Source of the DNA: an uncultured Coriobacteriaceae bacterium
GTDB lineage: Bacteria > Actinomycetota > Coriobacteriia > Coriobacteriales > Atopobiaceae
Direction: 5' to 3'
NCBI GenBank assembly: GCA_902795065.1
Contig: CADBJR010000011.1
Location: 2,090-66,089, forward strand
DNA: 64,000 nt
Numbering within the stretch: the first letter of the stretch is position 1; the number at the start of each line of letters is the position of its first letter. The position numbers and the translations under genes were made by a program. Positions 9,321-18,962 of the stretch are shown here, in pieces. The notes beneath the pieces were generated by a model. The model saw only the letters and a list, made by a program, of their open reading frames with translations, did not search any database and had not been told where the DNA came from.

Positions 9321-9773
9321 ATGGTCATCTGCGAATTCGAGTTCGTCGAGGATGAGGGTTCCTACATATGCCGACCGTTCCTACCGGGGTGCACGACGTT
9401 CATACGGGGCGAGGGCTACCAAAACGCCGTGGAGCTGTCTGCCAGCTGGTTGAAGGCCGCCATCCTCGAATCGCTCGCGCATAACGGAACGGCACCGAGG
9501 CTCATGCTCGGTCACGACGCACGGGAAGACGGCCAGATCGTGACGATAGCGGTCGACGCAAGCCTTTCCGAGCTTCCCTCAATCACCGGAAAGGAGGCGG
9601 CAGAGCGGCTGGGCGTCTCGCATGCGCGCATCTCGCAGCTCTGCAGCGACGGCTCCCTGGACAGCTGGACGGTCGGACGCACGCGCATGGTGACGGAGGC
9701 GAGCATCGAGCTGCTCCTTTCCGAACGATCAGAAGCGAGACGGCGGAGAAGGCGCACCGGTATCTCCGCCTAG
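9321..9773 (+). CDS. HicB-like antitoxin-fold domain fused to a C-terminal helix-turn-helix; no HicA partner visible
   Basis: N-terminus VICEFEFVEDEGSYICRPFLPGCTTFIRGEGYQNAVE is the HicB/UPF0150-type fold pattern. C-terminus ITGKEAAERLGVSHARISQLCSDGSL is a classic HTH. Confidence 0.65.
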   Translation: MVICEFEFVEDEGSYICRPFLPGCTTFIRGEGYQNAVELSASWLKAAILESLAHNGTAPRLMLGHDAREDGQIVTIAVDASLSELPSITGKEAAERLGVSHARISQLCSDGSLDSWTVGRTRMVTEASIELLLSERSEARRRRRRTGISA

Positions 9774-9800
9774 CCGTATTCCCCGGCAAACGCACATAAA

Positions 9801-9830
9801 GAGAACCGCCCCTCGCAAGGGGCGGTTCTC
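9801..9830. terminator. Bidirectional stem-loop terminator between convergent genes
   Basis: GAGAACCGCCCCT-CGCA-AGGGGCGGTTCTC, a 13-bp perfect stem, flanked by A-rich (5') and T-containing (3') sequence. Confidence 0.7.
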
Positions 9831-9848
9831 GCTTCATGGCTTCGGCTG

Positions 9849-11810
9849 CTAAGCGCGGCGGATAAGCTCGGTGACGAGCGACGCGACGAGCGACGCCTGT
9901 GCGGGGTCGACGTTCTCGGGGACGTCGTCGGGTGTGTGTGAGAGCGCCGGAAGACCGAGCTCGTTCACGCCCATGATCGTCGCGGCGCGCATCGAGGCGC
10001 GCATGGCGGGCGTCGCATCCGTGGAGCTCCAGTCGAACGGAGTCTCGACGAGGTCGACATGCAGGTCGGCTGCAGCGCCCTTGAGCAGGCGGTTGATGCG
10101 GCGGTCGGCACGGCGGGTATTGCCGATACCCTCGGAGGAGAGGACCGACAGGGTGCCGGCGCCGACGCAGTCGAGGTTGACGACGAACGCGCCGCGCAGC
10201 TGGGGACGGTGCTTGGCGATGAAGGCCTTCATGCCCGCATGGTCGAGGCCGTTGGCACCGAGCGCGACGAACCAGATGTCATGGCAGAGCAGCTCGTCGA
10301 TGGCAAGCGACTCCGCAGCCTCGACCAGCTCGTCATCGGAAGGAGCATCCGCGTCTGATTCACGCAGCTCCTCGCTGACGGCGGCACCGCCCTTCCAGCG
10401 AGGGCTGTTCTTGCGGCCGCGCGTGGAAGCGCTGTCCTGCGACTCCAGGTCGTCCCACGTGCTGTCATCATCGACGGCGTACTCCTCCTCGCGTTTCTTG
10501 CGATCGAAGAGGCTGAAGCGCTTGGGCTTGTCCTCCGCGGGGGCAGGCTCGTCGTAGGAGGGCACGGGCACATCGAGGCCGTCGGGCTCGTCGTCGAAGG
10601 TGCCGAGGTGGTCGGAGATACGGCGGGCATTCTGACGGTCGGCATGGCCGAGACGGTCTGCCATCGAGGTGGGCGCCGCGGCAGGCGCGAACGGGTCGTT
10701 CGCCTCCTCGCTCGGATCGGGCAGGTCGAAGAGCGCGGCGCGGCGCGCGACATCGGCGACCTGCGGACGGTACAGCTGCGTCGCACCGGGATCGGGCAGC
10801 TCGTCGCCGACGACGCGGAACGCAGGCTTCGCTGCGGGAGCCGCCGCGGGCTCGGCTGCCTCGGGCTCCTCGGCGGTACCGAGGTCTGCGGTCGCCTGAG
10901 CGGGCTCCTCCTCGACCTCGGGCTCCTCCTCGACGGGCTCCGGCTCGTCGATGTACTCGATCTCGCAGCTCTCGGGAAGCACGCCGAGGGTGCGCAGGAC
11001 CTCCTCGCCATGGCGCACGGGACGCGCTGCGAGCTCGGCGGCCTCACGCTTCTGTGCAAGACGCGCGACGAGGCTCTCCGCGGAATCGGACGGGAAGACC
11101 GCCTCGAGCACGCCGAGCAGGGCTGCGATGGAGGACTTGTTGTCGTTGGCTCCGAGCGAGCAGCTCGAGAAGCGCTCGACGATGGCGCCGATGCCCACGA
11201 CCAGCGGCGGGATGGCAGCGAGGAAGCCGAGGACCCAGAACACGCGGCGCAGGGCCTCGGGCAGGAAGGCGAGGATCTGGATGAAGGAGCTCGCACCCGC
11301 GATGACCACGCACAGCGGCGTGTAGCGACGCAGCATCGGAAGGTACTTCGCGATACCGGAGCTGTAGAGGAAGCTCTCGCGCGGGGAATCGTAGTGGGCG
11401 ACCACGACGACGGGACGGTTGCCCTTGGCCACGAGCGGACCGGACGCCTCGTGCACGGCGACGACGTTCTGGCTGCGCGCGACGGGCCCGAAGTTCTCGA
11501 AGATGTTGTTGCCGAGGTGGTCGAGAATGATGACCGCGACGGAGCCGATCGCAAGCAGGCCGCCGATGAAGGCAAAGGGCAGGCCGCCGATACCGGCGAT
11601 GAAGGTGCCGATGAAAATGATGACGAGCAGGAGCGCATAGGGAAGTCGTCCGAGCGAGGCCGTGTCGAACTCCTCGGTCTTCACCTCGATGCCATGCTCG
11701 CCCATGAGCTCGGCGATGGTGGTGGCTGCATTGAGCTCCTCCTGGCTGTTGGCAGGGGAGATGTCCACGTGGTCGGTCAGATACTCAAAGTAATCATGCG
11801 CGTTCGCCAT
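9849..11810 (-). CDS. M28-family metallopeptidase-like membrane protein interrupted by TM helices and a long acidic/Pro-rich disordered insert
   Basis: The N-terminal part with VVVVAHYDSPRE (His-x-Asp ligand pattern) and the C-terminal part FVALGANGLDHAGMKAF..VVNLDCVGAG resemble M28. Between them are 4 or more hydrophobic helices and a low-complexity E/P/A/D region. Confidence 0.65.
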   Translation of the reverse strand: MANAHDYFEYLTDHVDISPANSQEELNAATTIAELMGEHGIEVKTEEFDTASLGRLPYALLLVIIFIGTFIAGIGGLPFAFIGGLLAIGSVAVIILDHLGNNIFENFGPVARSQNVVAVHEASGPLVAKGNRPVVVVAHYDSPRESFLYSSGIAKYLPMLRRYTPLCVVIAGASSFIQILAFLPEALRRVFWVLGFLAAIPPLVVGIGAIVERFSSCSLGANDNKSSIAALLGVLEAVFPSDSAESLVARLAQKREAAELAARPVRHGEEVLRTLGVLPESCEIEYIDEPEPVEEEPEVEEEPAQATADLGTAEEPEAAEPAAAPAAKPAFRVVGDELPDPGATQLYRPQVADVARRAALFDLPDPSEEANDPFAPAAAPTSMADRLGHADRQNARRISDHLGTFDDEPDGLDVPVPSYDEPAPAEDKPKRFSLFDRKKREEEYAVDDDSTWDDLESQDSASTRGRKNSPRWKGGAAVSEELRESDADAPSDDELVEAAESLAIDELLCHDIWFVALGANGLDHAGMKAFIAKHRPQLRGAFVVNLDCVGAGTLSVLSSEGIGNTRRADRRINRLLKGAAADLHVDLVETPFDWSSTDATPAMRASMRAATIMGVNELGLPALSHTPDDVPENVDPAQASLVASLVTELIRRA

Positions 11811-11955
11811 GATGGAAGCCCTTCGACGTAGGAAAAGTATGTCGTTGAGACATAATCTCCGAGATTATACAGCTTTTGGGCATCCCGATGCCTACGCTCC
11901 ACGATTGCGCTATCTTTGACCCAGCGGAAAAGACGACGTATCTTCCGGAGGCACC

Positions 11956-12981
11956 GTGCGCGCACCCGATTCCCAGAGCAACGACCCCTCGGCCCCCGAA
12001 CGACCGGAGTTCAGGCGCGCGCATCTCGCGACGATCTTCCTGCAGGCAGCCTATCCGCTGACGACGTCCGAGGTCGTTGCCCAGGTCTACAACAACCCCA
12101 CCAACCTCGAGCTCGGTAGGAAGCCGCTCTCGCTCGACAGCGCACGGCGCGCCATGAAGCGCGATATCGATGCCCTCAAGGCGTGCGGCCTCATCATCGT
12201 CCCCGCGGGCAAGACCGACGACGGCCAGGCGCTCTGGCAGGTCGACCGCGCCCACTCATTCACGCAAGGTGTTGCCCTTTCCGAGGTCGATGCCGTCATC
12301 CTCGACATCGCCTGCCTCCCGCTGCTCGACGATCCCGGCTTCGCGGAACGAGACGAGCTGCGCCTCGCCCTCGCCAAGATCGACCGGCTTTTCGATGCCG
12401 CGGCGAGCGACGCCCTCACGGCGAGCTCGGAGCGCGATTCGAAGGTGCTCGTCACCGTCCGCGACGCGCTCAACGCGCGTCGGGCGCTCGATATCGTCTA
12501 CACCACGCGCGACGGTTCCGAGAAGCAGCGCCGCGTCGCACCGCTCGCCTTCTTCGACGTTCGCACGATCCTCTACGTGGTCTGCGCGACCGTCGATGAT
12601 GCGGGCGAGCTCGTCGCGGGTTCGGAGCGGACCTATCGGATCGACCGCATCCAGCGCGCGCAGCGCGTCGACCACGTCGCCTTCGAGATTCCGGACGGCT
12701 TCGACCTGGGTTTCTTCAGGAAGCTCCCCTTCCAGATCGGTCCCACCGTAGCCACCTGCACCTTCTCCATCCCCGAGAGGAGCCTCAGGCCCTTCCAGCG
12801 CGTACGCTGCGGAAAGGGCACCCTCTCCCCCGCCGATGACGGCATGGTATGGGAGGTCGAGGCATCCGATATCGACGCGGCTGCAGGCTGGGCGATCGCC
12901 AACGGAATCGCACCGCTTGCTCCCAAGGAGCTCGTGGACGCCTGGCGCTCGCGCCTCGAGGGGGCGATGCGCCATGGCTGA
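11956..12981 (+). CDS. wHTH + WYL-domain transcriptional regulator (PafB-like)
   Basis: GTG 11956 follows GGAG. N-terminal wHTH (YPLTTSEVVAQVY) and WYL-type core (RRVAPLAFFDVRTILYVVCAT..RTYRIDRIQRAQ). Confidence 0.75.
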   Translation: MRAPDSQSNDPSAPERPEFRRAHLATIFLQAAYPLTTSEVVAQVYNNPTNLELGRKPLSLDSARRAMKRDIDALKACGLIIVPAGKTDDGQALWQVDRAHSFTQGVALSEVDAVILDIACLPLLDDPGFAERDELRLALAKIDRLFDAAASDALTASSERDSKVLVTVRDALNARRALDIVYTTRDGSEKQRRVAPLAFFDVRTILYVVCATVDDAGELVAGSERTYRIDRIQRAQRVDHVAFEIPDGFDLGFFRKLPFQIGPTVATCTFSIPERSLRPFQRVRCGKGTLSPADDGMVWEVEASDIDAAAGWAIANGIAPLAPKELVDAWRSRLEGAMRHG

Positions 12982-13885
12982 TGCCGGCCGCCCCCTGAGC
13001 ACCGAGCAGACCCGCCTGCTCGTCACGCTGGTCGGAGCCCTCTCCGCAGGAGGGGACGCGCTCGTCCTCTCCTCCATCATCGCCCGCCTGGGCATCTCCG
13101 AGACCGACGCCCGCGGCATCCTCGACGAGCTCGTCGACCTCGGCGCGATCAGCCCGAGCTTCGCGGTGGCGGAGCTCGACGGCACGGAGGGCGTCGAGAT
13201 ACCCCGTACCATCGGCAGCCATGGCAAGGTGCTGCGCCTCACCCCCAGCGAGACCCTCGCGATCGACAGCGCGCTCAAGCGCCTCGGAACGCTCGACGAC
13301 GATCCCCTGCGCGGCTCGATCCTCGAAGCGCTCGCCTCCCCCGACATCAGCGAGAAGGACCTCGACCGCGCGACGCTCCAGCTCTCCGACCCCGCGGTCG
13401 CTCCGAGGATCATGCAATGCTCCCAAGCGCTCTTCTACGGCTCAGGCCTGCGCTTCCGCTACCAGGGCGATGCGGACGCCGCCCCACGCGAGCGCGCCGC
13501 GCGGCCGATCTCGCTCGAGGAGGCGGAGGGTCTCTGGTACCTCGAGGCGGCCGATGCCGAGACAGGCGCCCACAGGAGCTTCCGCCTCGACCGTATGGAC
13601 GGCATCGTCGAGGATCCAGACCTTCCCGAGCTCCCGGTGCACGAGGAGCCCGCACGCGAGATCGGCCTCATCTTCCACGACGCGTCGATGCTCGACCTGC
13701 TCGAATGGCCGCATCTCGTCCGCATCTCCGAACCCGACGCGATGCCGGTGGAGGCGCGCATCCCCTACTACGGTGGGTTGTGGCTCGTCCGCAGGCTCGC
13801 GGCATGCGGCGGCACCGTCGACATCCTCGACGGCGACCTCGCGCAGGCCGTGCGCGCCTATGCGGAGCGGGAGCTCGCCGGGTAA
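12974..13885 (+). CDS. Second WYL-domain regulator (PafC-like), translationally coupled to the first
   Basis: ATG 12974 overlaps the upstream stop (ATGGCTGA). WYL core RPISLEEAEGLWYLEAADAETGAHRSFRLDRMDGI. Confidence 0.7.
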   Translation: MADAGRPLSTEQTRLLVTLVGALSAGGDALVLSSIIARLGISETDARGILDELVDLGAISPSFAVAELDGTEGVEIPRTIGSHGKVLRLTPSETLAIDSALKRLGTLDDDPLRGSILEALASPDISEKDLDRATLQLSDPAVAPRIMQCSQALFYGSGLRFRYQGDADAAPRERAARPISLEEAEGLWYLEAADAETGAHRSFRLDRMDGIVEDPDLPELPVHEEPAREIGLIFHDASMLDLLEWPHLVRISEPDAMPVEARIPYYGGLWLVRRLAACGGTVDILDGDLAQAVRAYAERELAG

Positions 13886-13890
13886 GCCGC

Positions 13891-16833
13891 TCAGCGGCGG
13901 TGCGAGCGGCGCCACATCTCGATATAGCGCTTGAGCGATGAGGTCTCGAGCACGCTGATGCTCTGGGACGGCAGCGAGCGCAGGAACACCTTCCCATACC
14001 CCTTCGACAGCAGGCGCGTGTCGGCGAGCACGAGCACGCCCGCGTCGGTCGCCGTGCGGATGAGGCGGCCGGCGGCCTGCTTGACCTCGAGCACCGCCTC
14101 GGGCAGCGAGTAGTTGCGCCAGGCGTTGCGGTCGCGTCTCCCGCGCTCGCATGCGAGCGGGTCGGTCGGGCTCGAGAAGGGCAGGCGCGGGATCACGACG
14201 CAGCGGAGCGTCTCACCTGCGGCGTCGAAACCCTCCCAGAACGCCTTCAGCGCGAACAGCGACAGCTCCTTCTCGGCCATGAAGCGCTCGCGCAGGCGCC
14301 GCGGGGACGACCCGCGCTCCTGCTGGGCGAGCTCGAGGCCGACGGCGGCGAGCCGCGGGGCGAGCAGGCTGTGGACGCGCGACATCTCGCGGCGGTTGGT
14401 GAACAGCGTGAGGACCGAGCCGCCCATGGCGACATGGATGTCGTAGAGCGCGTCGGCCAGCCGCTCGGCGAAACCGGGGGCACCTGGAGCGGGCAGATCG
14501 CGGCAGACGATGACCTTCATCGCGTCGTCGAAGTCGAAGCTCGAGTCGAGCTGGCGCGCGCTGTGCGTTCCCGAATCGAGCCGATCGAGGCCCACGGCAT
14601 GCTCGAAGTGCTCGAAGCTCGAGCCGATCGCCATCGTCGCCGACGTGAAGATGACGCTGTGCATGTCGGAAAGCCATTTGCCCGCGAGATCATCACCCAC
14701 GTCGATCTTCTCGGCGACGAGGCTCTCCTGCCCCATGCGCCGCTTCGAGCGCGAGAGCTGCGCGGAGTAGACGTAGGAGTCATCCTCGCCGAGGCAGATG
14801 AGGCGCAGCGCATCCTGGAGGCGCCCGAGGAACGCCGCGGCGTCGGCGAGGTTGGCGGCCTCCTGCTGGTCGTGGTCGGCGAGCATCTGGACCGCCTCGG
14901 CAAGCGTGCGCGACGCCTCGTCGAGGCGCTCGAGGCCGGTCTCCCCCGCCTCGAGGATGGCAGCCCACTCGGGCGTCTGCCTGATGCCCTCGTCGATCCA
15001 GAGCGTGACCGTATCGTAGTCGCCCTGGTCGCGGACGGTGTTCGCAAGGTCGTGGAGCACCACGAAGAAGTCGCCCATCGCGAGCGAGGCGCGCGAGGTG
15101 GCTGCAGCCGCCTGCGCGAGCAGGCGCAGCACCGGGTTGGCCGCCTCGAGCCTGTTGGCGTGCGCCATCGCCGTGTGGATGGCACCTGTCTGAAGCCCGC
15201 CGAGCAGCTCGAATGCGGTGCGCGAATCCTGGCCCGACACCTCGCAGGACCACTGGCGGCGCGCCTCGGCCTCGAAGCCGTGCGCCTCGTCGACGACCCA
15301 ATGGCGGATGGGCGGGAGGATGCGGCCGTCGGTGTCGACGTTGCGCAGCAGGAGCGAGTGGTTGGTCACCACCACGTCTCCCGACGATGCGCGGCGGCGC
15401 GCGCCATGCACGAAGCAGGCATGCGGGTAGAACGGGCAGCGCTGCTTCTGGCACTCGTGCGGCGTGCACGTGAGCAGGGCGCGCGGAACGGAGCGCCAGC
15501 GGATGCCGAGCGCGTCGAGGTCGCCCTCGGGCGACTGGCACGAGAAGGCCAGCGTGACGGCGAGCGCGTTGAGCATGTCCGACGCGATCGCGTTGTCGCT
15601 GCGCCCGTCGGCGGGGACGAGCCCGATCGGCAGGTCCTCGGAGCAGGCGCGCTCGACGCGCGCGAGGCACGGGTAGTGATCGTAGCCCTTGAGCGAGAAG
15701 AATGTGACGCCGCCGGGGATGACCCGGTCGAGCGCGGGGAGCTCATGGGAGACGAGCTGGTCGGTGAGTGCGTTGGTCTTGGTGGCGATGCCCACCGTCA
15801 GGTTGTTGCGCTTGGCGAAGAGGATCTCGGGCAGCAGGTAGGCGATCGACTTGCCCACGCCCGTGCCCGCCTCGAGCGCACGGTGCGTCGAGGTCGCGAT
15901 GGCGTCGCGCACCTCGCGCGCCATGGCGAGCTGCTCGGGCCGGCGCTCGTAGGACTCGTACATCCTGCCCACGCAGCCGTCCAGCTGGAACGCCGCGTCG
16001 ATCTCCTCGCGCGCGGGCACGATAGGCGGATGCCCCAGCTCCGAGGCATCCTCGCGCGGGGTGACGTCGACCGTCTCGATGAGCTGCTGGCGGCACACCT
16101 TGAGCGAGAAGCCCAGCGGGTCCGCCGACCCCGCGAGCGCGGAGAAGACCGGACGGTATGACCAGTCGACCTCGGGGTGGAGCGCGGCAAGCTTGGCGAG
16201 GAAGCCCTTGGGATAGTCGGAGAGCGCCGTGAGCAGGATGGGCCACATGCCCGCGAGCGCGTCGACGTCGTCGCCGGCGCGGTGCGTGACCGAATCGCAG
16301 CCGAACAGCGCGGCAAGGTCAGCGAGGCGGTGGGTCGTGAGGCGCGGCAGCGCGATGCGCGAGAGCGCGAGCGAGTCGATCCAGATATCGGAGACCGCCC
16401 CTCCTCCCGGCACGCTCTCGATGAAGGTGCGGTCGAACGAGGCGTTGTGCGCGATGATCGGCAACCCGCCCACGAACTCCGCGAGCGCCGCGACAGCATC
16501 CACGGGCGACGGCGCGCCGGCGACGTCGAGGTCGCCGATGCCGGTCAGGGCCTTGATCTCGGGCGGGATGGGCCTCCCCGGGTTCACGAAGGTCTGGAAG
16601 CGTTCGGCCTCCCCTTCCGCGGACAGGCGGGCGGCGCAGATCTCGATGAGCTCGCAATCCTTGAAGGAAAGCCCGGTCGTCTCGGTGTCGAGCACGACCA
16701 CATCGGTCGCCAACGGTCCGAACGACATACCGCGCGAGCGCTCGGCGAGCGTCGCGTACGCGTCTCTGACCTGCGGCGGCGTCCCCGGGAGCAGCAGCTC
16801 GTCGAGGGTGGCGCCCGCTCGTGCACCTGCCAT
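13891..16833 (-). CDS. dinG: Bifunctional DEDD 3'-5' exonuclease / DinG-family ATP-dependent helicase
   Basis: VVVLDTETTGL..IAHNASFDRTF (DnaQ-like exonuclease), AGTGVGKS (Walker A), VVDEAH (DEAH box) and a Cys-rich segment CLARVERAC..CTPHECQKQRCPFYPHAC. Start is either ATG 16833 or 16902, which overlaps ddl. Confidence 0.85.
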   Translation of the reverse strand: MAGARAGATLDELLLPGTPPQVRDAYATLAERSRGMSFGPLATDVVVLDTETTGLSFKDCELIEICAARLSAEGEAERFQTFVNPGRPIPPEIKALTGIGDLDVAGAPSPVDAVAALAEFVGGLPIIAHNASFDRTFIESVPGGGAVSDIWIDSLALSRIALPRLTTHRLADLAALFGCDSVTHRAGDDVDALAGMWPILLTALSDYPKGFLAKLAALHPEVDWSYRPVFSALAGSADPLGFSLKVCRQQLIETVDVTPREDASELGHPPIVPAREEIDAAFQLDGCVGRMYESYERRPEQLAMAREVRDAIATSTHRALEAGTGVGKSIAYLLPEILFAKRNNLTVGIATKTNALTDQLVSHELPALDRVIPGGVTFFSLKGYDHYPCLARVERACSEDLPIGLVPADGRSDNAIASDMLNALAVTLAFSCQSPEGDLDALGIRWRSVPRALLTCTPHECQKQRCPFYPHACFVHGARRRASSGDVVVTNHSLLLRNVDTDGRILPPIRHWVVDEAHGFEAEARRQWSCEVSGQDSRTAFELLGGLQTGAIHTAMAHANRLEAANPVLRLLAQAAAATSRASLAMGDFFVVLHDLANTVRDQGDYDTVTLWIDEGIRQTPEWAAILEAGETGLERLDEASRTLAEAVQMLADHDQQEAANLADAAAFLGRLQDALRLICLGEDDSYVYSAQLSRSKRRMGQESLVAEKIDVGDDLAGKWLSDMHSVIFTSATMAIGSSFEHFEHAVGLDRLDSGTHSARQLDSSFDFDDAMKVIVCRDLPAPGAPGFAERLADALYDIHVAMGGSVLTLFTNRREMSRVHSLLAPRLAAVGLELAQQERGSSPRRLRERFMAEKELSLFALKAFWEGFDAAGETLRCVVIPRLPFSSPTDPLACERGRRDRNAWRNYSLPEAVLEVKQAAGRLIRTATDAGVLVLADTRLLSKGYGKVFLRSLPSQSISVLETSSLKRYIEMWRRSHRR

Positions 16834-16840
16834 GGAGCCG

Positions 16841-17794
16841 TCAGCCCTCGATGGCCATCTCGATGAAGCGGGTGCAGAGCTCGGGGAACTCGATGCCGGC
16901 ATGGCGCGCGGAATCGGGCAGGAGGCTCGTCTCGGTCATGCCGGGGATGGTGTTGGTCTCGAGGATGATGGGCTCGCCCTCATCCGTGACGATGAAGTCG
17001 CTGCGCGAGCATCCGCGGCAGCGGAGCGCCTTGTGCGCGGCGACCGCGCGGGCCTGTGCGAGCTCCGCGACCTTCTGGGGCAGGCGCGCGGGGATGACGT
17101 GGTGCAGCGCCGAGGGCTCGTACTTGACCTTGAGGTCGTAGAACGCGGCGCCTGTGACGATCTCGACGATGGGGAGCGCGACGGGGTCGTCGTTGCCGAT
17201 CACGGGGACGGTGATCTCCATGCCGGCGATGCGCTTCTCGACGAGCACGGGGCCGCCCGTCTCGCCGGCGAGGCGCACGGCGTCGGGGATCTGGCTCGCC
17301 TCGGTCACGCGGGTGATACCGTAGCTCGAGCCGTTCGCGGCGGGCTTCACGAAGAGCGGAAGGCCGAACTGGCCCACCAGGAACTCGCTCTCCTCCATGC
17401 TGGGGATCTTGCCCGGGGCGAGCGTCGTGCCGCGCGGGCAGGGGATGTTCGCCGTCTGGTAGAGGAGCTTGGAGACGTCCTTCTCGGTGCCGGCGGAGGA
17501 GCCGAGCACGCCGGAGAAGGTGTGGGGGATGTGGAGGATCTCGAGGAAGCCCTGGATGCAGCCGTCCTCGCCGTAGCGGCCGTGCATGGCGACGAACGCG
17601 ACGTCGTAGCCGCCCTCCGAGATGGCCTTGACGAATCCCTCGTCGGCGACGTCGAGCAGCGTGACGTGCTCGAAACCGGCCTCGCGGAGGGCCTTCATGC
17701 ACGCGCGGCCCGAATCCATCGAGATCTCGCGCTCGTCGGACCAACCGCCCGAAAGGACCACCACGTTGAGTTTGTGCAGCTCATCCCTCGTCAT
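16841..17794 (-). CDS. ddl: D-alanine--D-alanine ligase
   Basis: LNVVVLSGGWSDEREISMDSG, HGRYGEDGCIQG, PLFVKPAANGSSYG and ILETNTIPGMTETS are canonical Ddl/ATP-grasp motifs. Confidence 0.92.
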   Translation of the reverse strand: MTRDELHKLNVVVLSGGWSDEREISMDSGRACMKALREAGFEHVTLLDVADEGFVKAISEGGYDVAFVAMHGRYGEDGCIQGFLEILHIPHTFSGVLGSSAGTEKDVSKLLYQTANIPCPRGTTLAPGKIPSMEESEFLVGQFGLPLFVKPAANGSSYGITRVTEASQIPDAVRLAGETGGPVLVEKRIAGMEITVPVIGNDDPVALPIVEIVTGAAFYDLKVKYEPSALHHVIPARLPQKVAELAQARAVAAHKALRCRGCSRSDFIVTDEGEPIILETNTIPGMTETSLLPDSARHAGIEFPELCTRFIEMAIEG

Positions 17795-17898
17795 ATCCGC
17801 CCCTTGCCACGTTGCGCCTGCTACACTGGATGCACTGGTTCGCTAGATTAGGATAGCGCACCTGCTGGACGCCAAGGCTAGAAGGACGGTATTTGGAC

Positions 17899-18954
17899 AT
17901 GGCAGAAGAGAACCTTCACGACTCCCCCGCCACCGCGCTCGACCTCCATTCCTGCACGCACGGGCAGCTGCTCGCGCTCATGGAGGAGCTCGGCCAGCCG
18001 GCGTTCCGCGCCAAGCAGATCGAGGACTGGGTGTGGAGCAAGGGCGTCGGCGACCCAGCCCAGATGACCAACCTCTCGAAGGCCCTGCGCGATGCGCTTT
18101 CAGAGCGCGTCGGGGCCGCGGGCGCATCCGAGCTCGCGCGCCAGGTCTCCGAGGACGGCAGCCGCAAGTACCTGCTCGGCTTCTCCGACGGTGCTGCGGT
18201 CGAGTGCGTGGGCATGCCCAGCCCGCGCAAGCTGTCGGTGTGCGTCTCGACGCAGGCTGGTTGCGCAATGGGTTGCGCTTTCTGTGCCACAGGCAGGGCG
18301 GGACTTGTACGTTCGCTCACCGCAGGCGAGATCTACGAGCAGGTCATGCATGTGCGCAACGACTTCAACAGCCGCGTCACGAGCGTCGTATTCATGGGCC
18401 AGGGCGAGCCCTTCGCCAACTACGACGAGACCCTCAAGGCGCTCCGCAAGCTCAACGATCCCGATGCCCTCGGCATCGGCGCGCGCCATCTCACGGTCTC
18501 CACGTGCGGCCTCATCCCGCAGATCCTCAAATTCGCCAACGAGCCAGAGCAGTTCACGCTCGCCGTCTCGCTGCACTCCACCATCCAGAAGACGCGCAAC
18601 GTGCTCATGCCGGGCGTCCGCCGCTTCTCGCTCGTGCACCTCTATGCGGCGCTCGGCGAGTACGTCAACAAGACCGGAAGGCGTCCGACCTACGAGTATG
18701 CCCTGATAGGAGGCGTGAACGACACCGAGGAGGAGATCGACTCGCTCTGCGATTTCTGCCGCGGCACGCTCTGCCACGTCAACATCATCCAGCTGAACGA
18801 GGTCTCGGGCTCCCCCTTCAAGCCGTCGACGCCCGAGAAGGCCCAGCAGTTCGTCGAACGTCTCGCCCGTGTGGGCGTCGAGGCGACGATCCGCAACTCC
18901 CGCGGCGCTGACATCGATGCCGCCTGCGGCCAGCTGCGGCAGCGCGTCAGATAG
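17899..18954 (+). CDS. rlmN: 23S rRNA/tRNA (adenine-C2)-methyltransferase, radical SAM
   Basis: CVSTQAGCAMGCAFCATG (CxxxCxxC), FMGQGEPFANYD and LAVSLHS. ATG 17899 (or TTG 17893) follows GAAGGA. Confidence 0.9.
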   Translation: MAEENLHDSPATALDLHSCTHGQLLALMEELGQPAFRAKQIEDWVWSKGVGDPAQMTNLSKALRDALSERVGAAGASELARQVSEDGSRKYLLGFSDGAAVECVGMPSPRKLSVCVSTQAGCAMGCAFCATGRAGLVRSLTAGEIYEQVMHVRNDFNSRVTSVVFMGQGEPFANYDETLKALRKLNDPDALGIGARHLTVSTCGLIPQILKFANEPEQFTLAVSLHSTIQKTRNVLMPGVRRFSLVHLYAALGEYVNKTGRRPTYEYALIGGVNDTEEEIDSLCDFCRGTLCHVNIIQLNEVSGSPFKPSTPEKAQQFVERLARVGVEATIRNSRGADIDAACGQLRQRVR

Positions 18955-18962
18955 CCCCTGCC

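Noticed and set aside
16834-16902. Upstream ATG 16902 as dinG start
   Set aside because: It would overlap the end of ddl by about 60 nt and adds a Ser/Pro/Ala-rich stretch without homology. ATG 16833, just after the ddl stop, is preferred but has a weak RBS, so this remains uncertain.
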